Position numbers and translations under genes: made by a program | Assembly (NCBI RefSeq): GCF_002113885.1 | Contig: NW_018480051.1 | Coordinates: 306,961 to 370,960 of the forward strand | From: Mizuhopecten yessoensis | Taxonomy: Eukaryota | Length of the DNA: 64,000 bases | Direction: 5' to 3' | Shown here: positions 34,837 through 48,095 of the stretch, piece by piece | Layout: every line of letters starts with the position of its first letter | Numbering within the stretch: the first letter of the stretch is position 1 | Notes under the pieces: generated by a model | What the model was told of the DNA's origin: nothing | Seen by the model: only the letters and a program-made list of their open reading frames with translations | Databases searched by the model: none

Positions 34837-37405
34837 ATGATCAGTCTGTCGTTTCTGTTGATGGTGCAGGGATGCGTTAACACGCCATTCTTGTCCGCTT
34901 GTGTCAGAGACGACCAGCCGTCTACGGAGAAGTTTACATGCACTATGAATTTCGATTGGTTGATTTGAAGGAATAAGACAATCTCCCTATGCTGTGGTCC
35001 ACCATCCTCCCTGTGCTGTGGCGCGCCACACCCCAATCAGATGATGATTGTTATAAAGAGATGGAGAAGTCAGGACCGTCTCGTGGGGGAGTGTGGGAGC
35101 TACACTCCTGAGGTTTACATATACTCTCAAGAGGCGATGGAGTGTGCTCTCATGGAGGGATCGGTTATGAACTGTGTAAGTATATAAAATGGCAATGCTT
35201 ATAGGTGCTGGATTTCGGAGTCCGTTTCTGTATTATTTGACCGATCTATTTCACACTTTACTAATATTGTATTGTATAATGAGAAGTAGGCTTGGTTTAT
35301 ATGAATCTTTTCCCAGTTATGTCTATATAAGAAAGCTTGTTTGTAATCATGTTTTTTATATATATATATATATATATAAGATCTAGCAAGTAATAACGAC
35401 GGTATGGTCCTATATAAGTAGTGGATGCGTACCACTAGAATAGATACATGATCGTTAAAGTAATACTAACGGTATGGATTCCAATGTAGATAAATTCCGT
35501 AGCAAATGTATACGTCCTCAGTACATACGCTTTTATAAGACTTATTATATAATATAATACATCAAAGCTATTTAAGATGAGACATTTGTTTAAACTGTAT
35601 TGTAATTTGATGATCTTAATGTTTAGAACACCTTCAACGAGTCTACTACCTCTTCGAGCCAGGCTCCTCCTGCCTCCTCGAGCCAAGCTCCTTCTGCCTC
35701 CTCGAGTCGATCTTCTCCTGCCTCCTCGAGTCGAGCTCCTCCTGCCTTCTCGAGCCAAGCTCCTCCTGCCTCCTCGAGCCAAGCTCCTCCTGCCTCTTCG
35801 AGCCAAGCTCCTACTGCCTCCTCGAGTCGAGCTCCTCCTGCCTCCTCGAGCCAAGCTCCTACTGCCTCCTCGAGTCGAGCTCCTCCTGCCTCCTCGATCC
35901 AAGCACCTCGTGCCTCCTCGAGTCGAGCTCCTCCTGCCTCCTAGAGTCGAGCTACTCCTGCCTCCTCGAGCCAAGCTCCTCCTGCCTCTTTGAGCCAAGC
36001 TCCTCCTGCCTCCTCGAGTCATACCAGTAATATTCTTGCTATATTGATGGTGGTGGTGCTATGTGTGGCTGGTACTTATAATTTTCTTTAACATCTCATA
36101 CTTATTAATAATTTTACTAAATTTTTAATAACTGTACTACATTTATAACGAATAATTGTTAGGTGATGCGATCAATATCTACAATCACTTACTGTATTGA
36201 CATGATTTTTAATTCAGCAATATACCTATGTTTAATCAAGTAAATATTTTTTAGACATATACGCAATAATAGAACTGTACTAATTCAATTGTAGTGGTTG
36301 GTGTTCTAGCTATGGCAGCTATGCTGCGATGGCGCAGACGTTTAAGATATCGAATATGGGATGACTTGAAAGTCTAAGTAAAATGATAAATTGTGATTTC
36401 ATAAAATTTAATCCTTTACTTTTTCTATTCACAGTCACAAACAAAGAGGATGAGGATGAAGGTATGTTAATTTCTTATACACATATCTCCAATTGATAAT
36501 GATTCGTTTCTGTTATTTTCAAACCACATATCTATTAAAAAGAGTATTTACAGTCAAACTTATCATAGAAGATACCATTTTATTTTAAACATTTTTTTGT
36601 CTGATGAATATTGAAAATTAATCTTGTTTTAATATATTTGTTAGTGTTTAAATATAATAACTGAGTAGATTTATACATATTGCAATAACATTTTATTCAC
36701 ATTTGGTTTAAATTGTTGAATATACATTCCACTTTATAAAGGACACTTTCTATAAAGGACACTTCTCTATAAAGGACACTTTCGTTTTGTCTCTTTGTCT
36801 GCATATTCAAATCTTCATATATTTAAATTCTAGAGGATATCGAAATGGATGAGGTCCTGCCTCATCTTACCATACCTCCAACAACAGGTAAGTTAGATTT
36901 TTTATGTAGATGTTCTTAAATGATACATGATCATTGATGATGATGTGATTTACAACGTCTTGAATAATATTTATTCATGTATATAGTTTTATTTCAAGTT
37001 ACATTTACATTTTAGATGAAGCAGATGTAAAGGATGAAGATTCATTTGAGGGTATTTAGAAAATGTTTATATTTCTTAGGTTTTATTTCATATTTTAATA
37101 CCTTGTGTTACACTAAACATTATTGCTAATTATTCTTTTAAAATTTTCGAATCTAGAGAGGAACTGGAGAGTACCTTCACATCATGTTGTACATCCCTCT
37201 CCTCTAACAATCAAAATTGATTTGAAGATAGACTGCTTATTTTGTCTTGTAAGAATATATGAATGGTTCTGTTCAGTACATTTTTATTGAAAAATGTTTC
37301 TAAAACTGTTTCTATTTTTAACTTCTAGTTGAGGTGGAGGTGGAAGTGGAGATGGAGGGGACAACTAGAAGAAGCCCCTACAACTTAAGAAATCGTGTAT
37401 CTTAA
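34837..37405 (+). pseudogene. Multi-exon type I membrane protein: signal peptide, Cys-rich ectodomain, SSSQAPPA mucin-like stalk, TM helix, acidic tail
   Basis: Exons 34837-35175, 35627-36071 and 36295.. join in phase. TM is ILAILMVVVLCVAVVGVLAMAAML followed by RWRRR. Acidic micro-exons lie near 36435, 36835, 37017 and 37329, ending RRSPYNLRNRVS*. Stops at 34966, 35942 and 36375. Confidence 0.65.
35650..36020. repeat. 24-bp coding tandem repeat (tcctcgagccaagctcctcctgcc), ~15 copies
   Basis: Directly visible. Confidence 0.95.
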
Positions 37406-37489
37406 GATTTTCTGCGGTTTGGTTTTTCAAAAAACATTTATGTGTCTATTTTTTAGTTATTGTTTCATATTTACAACAACACATAATAC

Positions 37490-38120
37490 TTTTTTGATAC
37501 AGATACTCAGTGTAATGTGACTATTTTTTGGTGTGATTTTACCAATGTTTACATTAGCTATTTTTTTTATATGATTATACTTATGCTTAAGATATATTTA
37601 TCTTGTGATAATTTTGATAAAGATACTTAGAGTAATGTGACTAATTTTTAATGTGATTTTATCAATGTTTAAAATATCCATTTTTTTTATATGATTATAC
37701 TAATGCTTAAGATATATTTTATATTGTGATAATTTTGATACAGATACTTAAGGTAATGTGTCTATTTGTTTTTAGTTCAGTGATGTACCTTTACTGGGAT
37801 AATTTTGAAACAAATACTCAGGATAATGTGGCTATTTTTTGGTGAATTTATAAATGTTTAAATTATCTTTTTTTTATATATGATTATACCAATGCTTAAG
37901 ATATATTTATATTGTGAAAATTTTGAAAAAGATACTCAGGATAATGTAATTGTATCAATGTTTAAATTATCTTTTTTTTATATGATTATACCAATGCTTA
38001 AGATATATTTTATGTTGTGATAATTTTAAAACATTTTTTTAGTGCAATTGTATCAATGTTTAAATTATCTAAAAAAAAAATTGGGGTTATACCAATGCTT
38101 AAGATGTATTTTATATATGA
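37490..38120. repeat. Degenerate AT-rich ~120-bp tandem repeat
   Basis: agatact(c/t)a at 37501, 37621 and 37742; recurring tatgattatac..atgcttaagatatattt. Confidence 0.8.
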
Positions 38121-38755
38121 TACATATTCATCATATACAGGAAAATGTTTGTCTTTTTTTATTTACTGTACTAAATAAATGATTGAATTCGAAACTGTTG
38201 TTTTGTTTTATCATTCTAATGCAACTATTAAGGATAGGATCTACTTGTGCGATTCAGTTATATATATTTATAAGATTCCACTCTCTTTAATAGTATTAGG
38301 CAGTGTCGTATACTTGTATAACTCCCAACCCATATACATATGTTGGTACACATGGGTAAGATGTATGAAAATGATGTACGCATTTGATTCAGTTAGCAAC
38401 TTGATCCTGTACTATATAGATGCTACTTATTCATTGATCTAAAGAACACAGTCGTTATCATTAGCAGCAAAGTTGACACTCTCTGATTGATAATAAAACT
38501 GCTCTCTCGTATAGCAATGTCATAAGGTTCAGTACGTTAATGATACACTTGCTATGTGTTAAATGTAATTAACTTAAAGTAATATGAGGATTGAGTATAT
38601 CCTAAACAAGAGAAAATGTGTGAAAATGTCTTTTGACTACCATCTCCATTTATCACAACTGATAGTTGTGATTTTACAGGCTTTGGACTGTCTGACATAT
38701 ATTGTCAGGCTGGATTAGAGTCAACCGTCCGTCCGTCAGTCATTTGTCTCTCTTG

Positions 38756-39046
38756 TTAACCATGCCGTATGAACAGGAGCTCTACCGCTTCCTCATAGGA
38801 AATATGGTCTTCCAGACACACCTGTTCTACCCATCGACGCGTCTCGGAGATCATAGTAGCGGAAAGCATTTGTCTTTTCTCTCTCATCTTCATTATCAAA
38901 TGATGCTCCCTTTCATAAACAGGAGCATCCATATCTTCTCTATGTGTAGCCACACATAGTTTAAGCTCCTTATGTAGAGTTGCATCACGATGTAGTCCTA
39001 ATTTGTGGAGGATTATTAGAGATCGCTGAAATTTTTCACGCCACAT
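38756..39046 (-). CDS. Small intronless ORF (96 aa), unknown
   Basis: ATG-to-stop ORF with protein-like composition; no recognised motif. Confidence 0.3.
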   Translation of the reverse strand: MWREKFQRSLIILHKLGLHRDATLHKELKLCVATHREDMDAPVYEREHHLIMKMREKRQMLSATMISETRRWVEQVCLEDHISYEEAVELLFIRHG

Positions 39047-39744
39047 TGTAGCAGTACTACTGTCATTAATTGTCCAGTGAAAAGTGAATAGAAAGTGGTT
39101 GTGTACGTTACTTTACACCTATTTGTCCTACAGTATATAATTATAGATACGGAATGTTTCACTTATCAATTACTATTTTTTTCATCTCATGAATAACAAA
39201 TATCGAGTGTGGTTAGATGCGTTAGTTTTGACCTACATATTATCAAGTACTTTCATCTTCATGGTACACATATACCTACATCTCCGAGCTATCATTGTTT
39301 CAAGTACTTTTCATCCAAATACTTTCATGAAGTATTCCTATTGATTTACATATTATCAAGTACTTTCAGCTAAAAGGCAAAATTATTCCTACATCTCTGA
39401 GCTATCATTGTTTCGAGTGCTTTTCATCCAAATAAATACTTTCATCTTAATGGCAAAATTATTCCTACATCTCCAAGCTATCTGATTCAGGTACTTTTCA
39501 TCCAAATACTTTCATAAAGTATTCCTACTCCCTAGAGCTACTTTCTTGAACTGATCTATCTGAGCGTGTGCCTTTGAAAGCGTCGAAAATTCTTCTCACT
39601 CACTATATATATACTCCTAACCGATGGGGACTGTTAGGGACTGACATATGGACCTTTTAGGAACTTTAAGGGACCAAGAGGGACTTTTTAGGTATCTAGA
39701 GGGACATAGAAGGACTTTTTAGGGACCTAGAGGGACCTTTTGTT

Positions 39745-41425
39745 ACCTGTAAAATACGTCTATTCTTTGGAACAAATGAGGGTACTTTATAGCATTCAGA
39801 TTGTTTTACACGATAAGATGAGTTGCGCAGTTGTGACCCAACAAATTTACAGAAGTTACACCATTCCCCATCTGTAGAGGTGACCAGGTATCTGTCACGA
39901 GCTTTAGTCTTGTTTCTGTCAACATATAAGTACGCCAGGTCTCCAATGCTGAGGTGATGGGACGAAGGGTATAAACCACTAGGGCACTTTGACAGCTCAC
40001 GCGACTGGTGGTTACTGGCTCGCAAAGAGTGGTGTTGCCGTTGGATACGGTCTGTGTCCTGGTATTTGAACATTGAAAAACTGAACCTTTTGAGTCCACA
40101 TTTCTCTAGAGGAAAGGCTCCTGTTGCGAATGAGTTCATTCGAGCTGTAGCCAATGACAATGCAAGAGGTATTATAGAACGGCAACCAGGGTCTTGACGT
40201 AGGATCTCATTTTCTAGCTCGAGGATACATTTTTCTGCAACTGGATTCTTGTTTTTATTTTTAACCCTGTCAACCTCTATGGCTATTCTGTGATGTTGCA
40301 GAAGCTTGTCTTTGCACAAGGACACGAACCCAGGAGCAGGGTCTGTTCGAATGACTGCAAACGGGCGGTCTAGGGGATGTAACTCTGCGCATAGTTGGAG
40401 AAGGGCATCTCTGAGAGTGTCGCGTTGCTCGTTTTCTATCAGAGAAGTGACAGTGTAAGATTTGTTTGTTTGTTTGTTTGTTTGATTTTGTTTAACGTCC
40501 TATTAACAGCTAAGGTCATTTAAGGACGGCCTCCCCTGTGTGCAAGATGCATGACACATTCGCGGAGCACCAAACGTGCTACCAACTGTTTCTGGAGGGG
40601 ATGAGCTTTCTTGTGGTATTACAGTATGCGGCACATTTTCAGGGCAGAACACTGATGACATATTCGAGTGACCTGGTCAATTAACTTGTCCATGTCCAAA
40701 GCAAAGAAATATCGATGAACAACACTCTTCAGTTGGTGGGCGGAAGGGTGGTCAAGCTTGATGTGCAATGATGTCAACAGGCCATCAATGACACTCCGCG
40801 GAACAATGATACACTCGCGGGATGGGAGTAATGGAACGTTTACTACCATCAAACCGTCTTTGGCAGTTGACGCGACCTGGATATAACGTTTGACATCGCG
40901 AATGCCTGTAAGTGTCTTTGGTGGACGGGTGCCCTGACGAAGATGAGCTTTGGCACGAAGCAAATCAGAACATTCTGATTGTATTGAATTCCATGTACTT
41001 CTCCCGGCAAACGGTAGTTTAAAGATGCCATCTTGAACATTCTTGATGTTGACATTCCTAACAGTAGAATCCTCAGCAAAGCGTACAAATGAACAGTCTG
41101 GCAGGAAGGATCGTCACAGGCAGGGGCATTACGACTTGCAAAGTCGGAAGGCAAAATGACCACACCTGCAACATGCCTGATAGATACCTGATACCTGCTG
41201 GCCATGGATAAAAATGTTGATACACGAGGGTTTACTGTCAGTTAGAACACAAGCACGATGATCAATCTGAATAATGTAGGGACTGAAGTGCTTTATGGCC
41301 GTGGCAATGGATAAGGCTTCAATTTTACAGGGTAGCCAAATGACTTGGCGATTGCGAAGCTTTGCACTGAAAAATCCAGCTAGGCGTGTGACCTTGTTCC
41401 GAGAAACATACAAGGTTGCCCCAAG
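39745..41425 (-). pseudogene. Gypsy LTR-retrotransposon pol fragment (RNase H + integrase)
   Basis: [69 protein letters not shown]; frameshifted. Confidence 0.85.
40461..40553 (-). mobile_element. 5'-truncated copy of the (AAAC)n-tailed SINE, inside Gypsy integrase
   Basis: Reverse complement of the 3' end of 34135-34674. Confidence 0.9.
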
Positions 41426-41429
41426 AATT

Positions 41430-41848
41430 TATCTAGTTTACAATGGTTAAAGATGAAATCTTTGCATCCAAACCATTAAGGGAGGCTTCCTGGTATTTTC
41501 CTTTGCAGTCAGCTGGCGGTTAACCTGGTTTTTGGCAACAAAATAAAAAAAAACCTTACTTTTATCGAGTTATTGTGCTAATAAATGAAATCCCTGACCC
41601 TCAAAACATGTATTTAGACCCAAAAATCTTTTGAAACGGACATCTAGAAGCAAAGATATGTATTTTTATGATATACTAGACGCCGGGTGGCGGCCGTTTT
41701 GAATTTTCGCGTCTGATCGAGTTAGCCCACATTTTCACGAGGTTGACCCCATCTCATTTTGATCAGCACCCTCAAATTGACCAAAATCAACTTTCAGACC
41801 ATGGTCCCGGAAAAGTGGTCACGGAACCCCATTGAGGGAACTCTACTA
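41430..41848. mobile_element. Probable end fragment of an Academ-like non-autonomous element
   Basis: Ends ...gagggaactctacta (TAG-type terminus on the minus strand); partner end not found. Confidence 0.35.
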
Positions 41849-42529
41849 ATACGTATATGTACAACAAAAGTAAAATTTATGAATGTATTTTAGCTTATGG
41901 ACTATACAATGTCTTAAAAATTTAGCTTGCAAACAACATTTCGTATAATTGTATGACACCAGGTAGGCAGTTAGCTTCACAAATGAAAGGTGGACTTGAA
42001 GTTGCTGATGCCTAGTTTTTAATCCCCATCAACTCGGATGTCGTTCGATCCAGGAAAGGGGGGGGGGAGTCCAGGTCACTGCATGAGACAGGCACGCCAG
42101 AGATCCGCATGTCACACGTCATTGTTTAACGTTTAAAACATTAAAGTGCAAAATAAGAACTTTCATCATTTTAAACATTGGAAATTATATAGCTTTTACA
42201 GTCATACTGGATTGAGTTCCAAAAAACACTTAACGGTTAATTTTTCTACATTTATTAGATTTGATCCAAATAAATTACATTTTTTTCAGTGTAAGTTGCC
42301 CGGCCGAATAAGTGCAATCAAGCTCGTTCAAAGTGCTATCAAATACATCATTCCATTTTCCATTACAAATGTTTGAGGTATTATGCAGAACTATTGACAG
42401 TTAGACATTTTCGTGGACGCAATCCAATATCACTGTAAACAACTTTAGTAGGCTAACAGACTTAGTAACAGTGTCTTATTAACAAACTGATAGCAATAAC
42501 CAAATAAATACATATCAGCTACTTTTATT

Positions 42530-44505
42530 TATTAATCAATGCCCTAAGCAGATCTGCCATCATCTTGGCCTGCTGCTGCCTTTCTTCCTTTTCTAGGTTA
42601 AACCGCTCTTTCTGTAATGCCAGTTCTGCCTTCCTTAGCTGGAGTTCCTGTTGCCGTATGTTGGTTTCTGTGTCATTTTTCTCCTTTAGGTAATTAGTGA
42701 TGACACTAGTGCTATTCTGATTCCGGGGTCTTTCGCTTGGCGTGTCCTCCTAACCACCTGGAAATAGAAATAAGTAGAATTTCCGAATAACATTGTGCTG
42801 ATTACATTGATGATATTAAGCAGGTTTTTACATTTCATTAAGGCAAAACAGTATAAGCATAGCATATTAAAGATGCATTCCCAGAGTTTTGCGCAGAAAA
42901 CTTGTAAAATACGGAATTTAGACTGTTTTGGTTATTTTTCCTGAATAGGAAATGTTCTGGCCTTTCCTTTAATACCATCCACGGCGAAAAACTCTTATCA
43001 ATGTCAACAGTGACCATAGACCTTGACCTAGACCTTAGAACCCTCAAATTCGAACTCATCTGAGGTATTCCCATACTTCCCTATAAAGGTTGTCAAATTA
43101 AAATCTGTTTAAAAATTAAGTTAGTCGCTAGAGGGATGACAAGACATGGTTATTTTAACATATTTATTTCCGTCAGAGGACAAAGTTTATCAATATATAG
43201 TCTCAGTTGCTGGTCATGACTGGAGATGAGAGAGCATTGTGGGGAGTTCTGTTCTCCTGTGAGGGGGTGGGTGTGTCTTGGGAGAGGGGATGGGGGAATT
43301 TTGGCTTTTATTAAAAGGATTAATGCCTTGAGGGGGAGTTCCCCCCCCCCCCCCTTCCCCCAAAAGGGCATGATTGGGGGAGTCTCCCAACGCTGGGGGA
43401 GAGTTTGCAGGCTTGCTAATAATGCATGTAAATAAAATAAAGTAAATAAAGCCCACTCTCACAGTATAAATAAGTTAAATTGGTTGTGTTTTAGTCTTCA
43501 CATTACCCATACACCCTAATTATTTAATGGACCAAATATAGGCTTACTTTTGCTTAGAGTTATCATGGCCCTTTTTCTAATTTGTTGGCCACTCTGCTCC
43601 TCACGTTCCACCCTGTCATTCTCCTTTTGTCTCGTCCTTTCCTCCTCCTCAGACAGCTCCAACATATCGTCCAGGAGTTCTTCCCTCTCGGTATAGGCTT
43701 CATCGACACCAGTTCTGTAATTATATAAAATAAGTAAAATACTCTTTATATAAAAAAAATATATTATAAAAAGAGTGGTTATTAGAGAAAAATGCATGTT
43801 ATACATGTGTGTGTTTGTTAGTCAGTTAATTAAAATTATGGCCATTTTTATTGTTTTCACATACCGGTATTCCGTACACTGTCACATATAAAAGGCCAAT
43901 CTTGAAACAATTAGCATTGCCAACATTAATACTCATGAGTTCAATGTCTTAAAATGGATTAAAATGATTTAACCAAAAAAAAAAAAGCAAAGCTTATTCT
44001 CAATTTCAGACATATGTGGGGGAAAAGGGAGACAACATGTAAGTAAAGTTACAGTTACACATACATACAAGATGAAATATTTGGAATTTGGAATTTAATG
44101 TTTCCTTTCCTTTCGTTGAAGATATTTCATTTCGTTTTGTTTCGTTTTGTCATTCATTTTACGCTTTACAAGTTTACAGGGACCTACTTTTTTTTTAGTA
44201 AAGTCAAAACTAATTAGGCGGGTGATATTTAAACATTTCTCGAATAAATGCTACAACCTAGAAATTATGAACTTTTATAATGTTGCCTGCATGGTCAACT
44301 TACTTTTTTTGTGATGAGGCGGGTTTTTTTCTTCTCTTTTTTGCTCTCTCTCTGACTCGACGGACATCACATCCACTTGGCATTGCAGCGCCAATATCCT
44401 GCCATAGTCCACGGTTTTTGTATGGATTCTTCCCCAAAACCTCTCGCATCAGAAACAGGTCGTCCTTTTCGGAAAAGCGGATTAGCTTTTTTCTTTCACA
44501 AGCCT
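42530..44505 (-). pseudogene. Harbinger-type Myb/SANT DNA-binding ORF, 3 exons
   Basis: IRFSEKDDLFLMREVLGKNPY..LWQDIGAAM..RRVRER | TGVDEAYTEREELLDDMLEL..IRKRAMITL | coiled coil RQQELQLRKAELALQKERFNLEKEER; GT-AG introns; one stop. Confidence 0.7.
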
Positions 44506-45040
44506 GTAATACATTAACGCATATGAATTAATTACAGATTTGTATATATTTGTAGTAATTTTGTACAAAATATAAATACCGCATAGATGTAGGATGAGCA
44601 GTGGGGGTGATGGTGGGGAGGGGCAGGGTTGTATGGATTGGGGGTTTAGTGGTTCACTCGGGTAGGTAAGTAAAGGTAACGCGACAAACGCCTAACGGTG
44701 TGTGTGTTGGGGGAGGGGAAGGGGAGTTGAGGTAAATATATATGTATAAGGAATAAAAATATGATTATCACAGTGTAACTGTTCCCTCTGACTTTCAAAT
44801 CTGAGACCAGTGTCCATTTTGCATATTTTAAATATTCTGTTGTAATAAATAACAATAGACTGTCTTTAAAAACTGGGGGTACAATTTCCAATCTGGCGAT
44901 ACTAGCCCTCATTTTTGGGAACACTGATCTGACTAGAACGAATACCCTGCCTCACTGCATACCCCAACCGGCAAGGACAATCCATAATAAAGTATCCGTC
45001 CCTTGTTTTGAACTACGACATCGCTATTTAGTATGATCTA

Positions 45041-45043
<3 letters not shown>

Positions 45044-45071
<28 letters not shown>
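45044..45071. repeat. (TG)n microsatellite
   Basis: Directly visible. Confidence 0.95.
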
Positions 45072-45599
45072 CTTAACATTTGAAATAAATAATGTTTTTG
45101 GTTAGAGAATATAATTTTGGCCATTATCCGAAAGGGTGTCTACACCTGAACATTTTTGACAACAGCACACGATGCAAAATTGCAAAAAATCCAGTTGAAC
45201 GACCTATACTGGGACACGGATAATTCTGCAACAAGAACGTAATCTTAAATTTAAGACAGAACTTAGGAAAAAAATACTATTTGCGGGGGTCAATTTTTGG
45301 GTCAAATATGGTGTTTTTGGCATTTTTAGTAATTTTTGATGTGGTAACCATGGTTTTCACACAAGTGACATACATAGAAAAAAGAGGTTTATACACTTCT
45401 CAGTGCTTTGTATGTATTGCAAATATAATGCAGTTTACAAATATATATGTGTTGTGTTGGGTAAATCCGCTGTGTTTACATTTCTTAGACATGTGCCTTG
45501 TTTTTCAGAGTCGTGCCATTTTTACTGAACACTGCTACCTTAGTTGATACATATATGCCAAAGTCGCCGTACGCATGGAATATTCAGAGAAAGTATTTT

Positions 45600-45995
45600 T
45601 CTCCTGCCCACACAACTCCAACAACCCAGGTGGAGTATAAAATGGTCTGGGGTGGGTGTTGCGGTATCTGTGCTGTAGCATTCAAGTGAGGTGGCACTAT
45701 AAATGATACCGTTGGAAGCATGGTCCCACTACAAACAGAACACAATATATGTACATCTCAAGCACACACACAGGCATACACACATAGGGAGATATTAGCC
45801 AGGTGGCATAGGAATAGTAGTTAGCGCCTGATAAGGCAGCTCCTGCGAATTCCTCAATATTGTATTGATTCATATATATGCTAATTGTATTGACTGTATA
45901 AAATTGTATATCTATGTACTGTAAAGCGCTTTAGAGTGGCTTATGTTAGCTAGATAGGGCGCTATATCAAATGTTGTATATTTATTTTATTTTTA
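45600..45995 (+). mobile_element. SINE fragment with Deu/Nin-like domain and L2-type tail
   Basis: caacccaggtggagtataaaatgg core; tail ctgtaaagcgcttt..gggcgctatatcaaatg followed by (ttttat)n. Confidence 0.6.
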
Positions 45996-46775
45996 TCTTA
46001 TATGAAAACGGATGTTTATGTTCATCTTCAACTGAAGTTTGATTTTTTTTTTAGAAGAAGAATTAAGAAAAAAATCAAAAAAAAAAATCTTAGAACATGC
46101 CACATTAATAACACCGTAACTTTTCAGTTCAAAGCATCCCATCCACAGCTTCCATGACAAACTCTACTACTGCTTGCTAAAATTATATTTCAAATATGTA
46201 CAAACAATATTTAAATCTCATTTAACAGTAATCAACATAGCGGTTAAATCGTCGAAAGGGCGAGCAATCCATCTATCCATCATGAATATTATATATACAC
46301 AACATGTTGTCGTACCTCTTATTCGTTCACAAAATGTCTAATGGTGAGCAATAAATCAATCCATCATGAATACATATCCCGAAAAGATGGCGGCCTTTAC
46401 ATCGCATTATCTACAAAATAACTCCGCCTTCCTTAAGTCACGTAACATTTCTCATGACATTGACAAGTTTGTAAGTGCGCACTTTCGCAAAAACAACTAA
46501 CCCTAACCCTAACCCTATTGTTTAACATCAACGGAATCTATAATGTCATATACAAGCATCTTATATAAAATTCCTTAACTACTTAAATTCAAACCACAAT
46601 AACAGTTTAAAAATTATGTCCTCTCATTTGACCGCTTACAGTTGTTAAAGTGTATTATTACACAGATTTTTTTTTCAATAATACACATTAAAACGTTAAA
46701 ATATATTTCGACCAACCGAATATTCAAGATAATATCAACTGGTACAACAGCTCTAAAATGTCCAAACCAATTACT

Positions 46776-47640
46776 GATGAAATGATATAATTAAATGCAT
46801 ATTATTAAATGAGAATTCATGAGAGTAAAAATAAATTTTCTTTCCTTGCAGTTCATTACCATATGTACAGATGTTGACGATGACTTCATATCATCTCAAG
46901 TTCCAATAGCAGAAACACAAATCCAGAACGGACTGCAGCCAAGTCTGGAAAATACGCCAATAGAGAAAAATACCGTAAAAGACAACGATGATGACACAAA
47001 AGACGGTGATGGAAATGAAGATGAGGTAAATTTTAATTTTAACCAATGAAAATTCATCCATATATATCTACAAATAAATCAATCTCATAAACAGATGAAA
47101 TGATATAATTAAATGCATATTTTTAAATGAGAATTCATGAGAGTAAAATAAATTTTCTTTGCTTGCAGTTCATTACCGTATATACAGATGTTGACGATGA
47201 CTTCATATCATCTCAAGTTCCAATAGCAGAAACACAACTCCAGAACTGACTGCAGCCAAGTCTGGAAAATACGCCAATAGAGAAAAATACCGTAAAAGAC
47301 AACGATGATGACACAAGAGACGGTGATGGAAATGAAGATGAGGTAAATTTTAATTTTAACCAATGAAAATTCATCCATATATATCTACAAATAAATCAAT
47401 CTCATAAACAGATGAAATGATATAATTAAATGCATATTATTAAATGAGAATTCATGAGGGTAAAAATATTTTTTCTTTCCTTGCAGTTCATTACCGTATA
47501 AACAGATGTTGACGATGACTTCATAACATCTCAAGTTCCAATAGCAGAAACACAACTCCAGAACTGACTGCAGCCAAGTCTGGAAAATACGCCAATAGAG
47601 AAAAATACCGTAAAGGACAACGATGATGAAGATGATGGTA
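46776..47640 (+). repeat. Three tandem ~317-bp units, each containing an acidic exon
   Basis: Units start at 46776, 47094 and 47411; exon DVDDDFISSQVPIAETQ..DGNEDE|gt; copies 2 and 3 share a TGA. Confidence 0.9.
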
Positions 47641-47719
47641 GTTATACATAATGGACATTGTGTCCACTAGAATAATGTCTTCGGGTTATTAGTTTAGTAT
47701 AAGTTAGCACTAATTTAGC

Positions 47720-48095
47720 ATATCCAGGGTTAGAATTGGAAGGTGAGGGTAAGATTCAAGTTTGCGTAAGATGTAACGATTTTAGCATAGATGGTACTTT
47801 TGCAGCAGAAGCAGGGTGGTACTTTTGCAGCATAAGCAGGGTAAGGGTTAGGATTAAGGTTAGAATTGTGCTATCTGGTAACTTTCCTATGCTGTATTGG
47901 TAACATAAAGCTATTTTTGTTACATGAGGTTAGGGTTAGATCCAAACCAGCATAAGATTACTTCATTATGCTGTATTAGTAACATTAAGCTATTTTGTTA
48001 CTCAGGGTAGCGGGTTAGGGTTAGATCCAAATTAGCATAGATGGTACATTGTTAGCATAGTTTGTTACACATTTAGCATATCGTATTTAGGATTA
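47720..48095. repeat. Second-type TTAGGG array interleaved with AGCATA/TATGCT motifs (intronic)
   Basis: gggttagaat, ggttagggttagatccaaa twice, repeated agcata; also (CTAACC)3 at 46497-46517. Confidence 0.75.

Noticed and set aside
35435-36022. Protamine-like Arg/Gly ORF (minus) and LLLPPR ORF (plus)
   Set aside because: Alternative frames of the 24-bp repeat; the third plus frame (SSSQAPPA) fits the splice phases and runs into a TM helix.
34837-36377. Stop-codon recoding or selenocysteine in the Cys-rich membrane gene
   Set aside because: The interruptions are TGA, TAG and TAA, which indicates decay rather than recoding.
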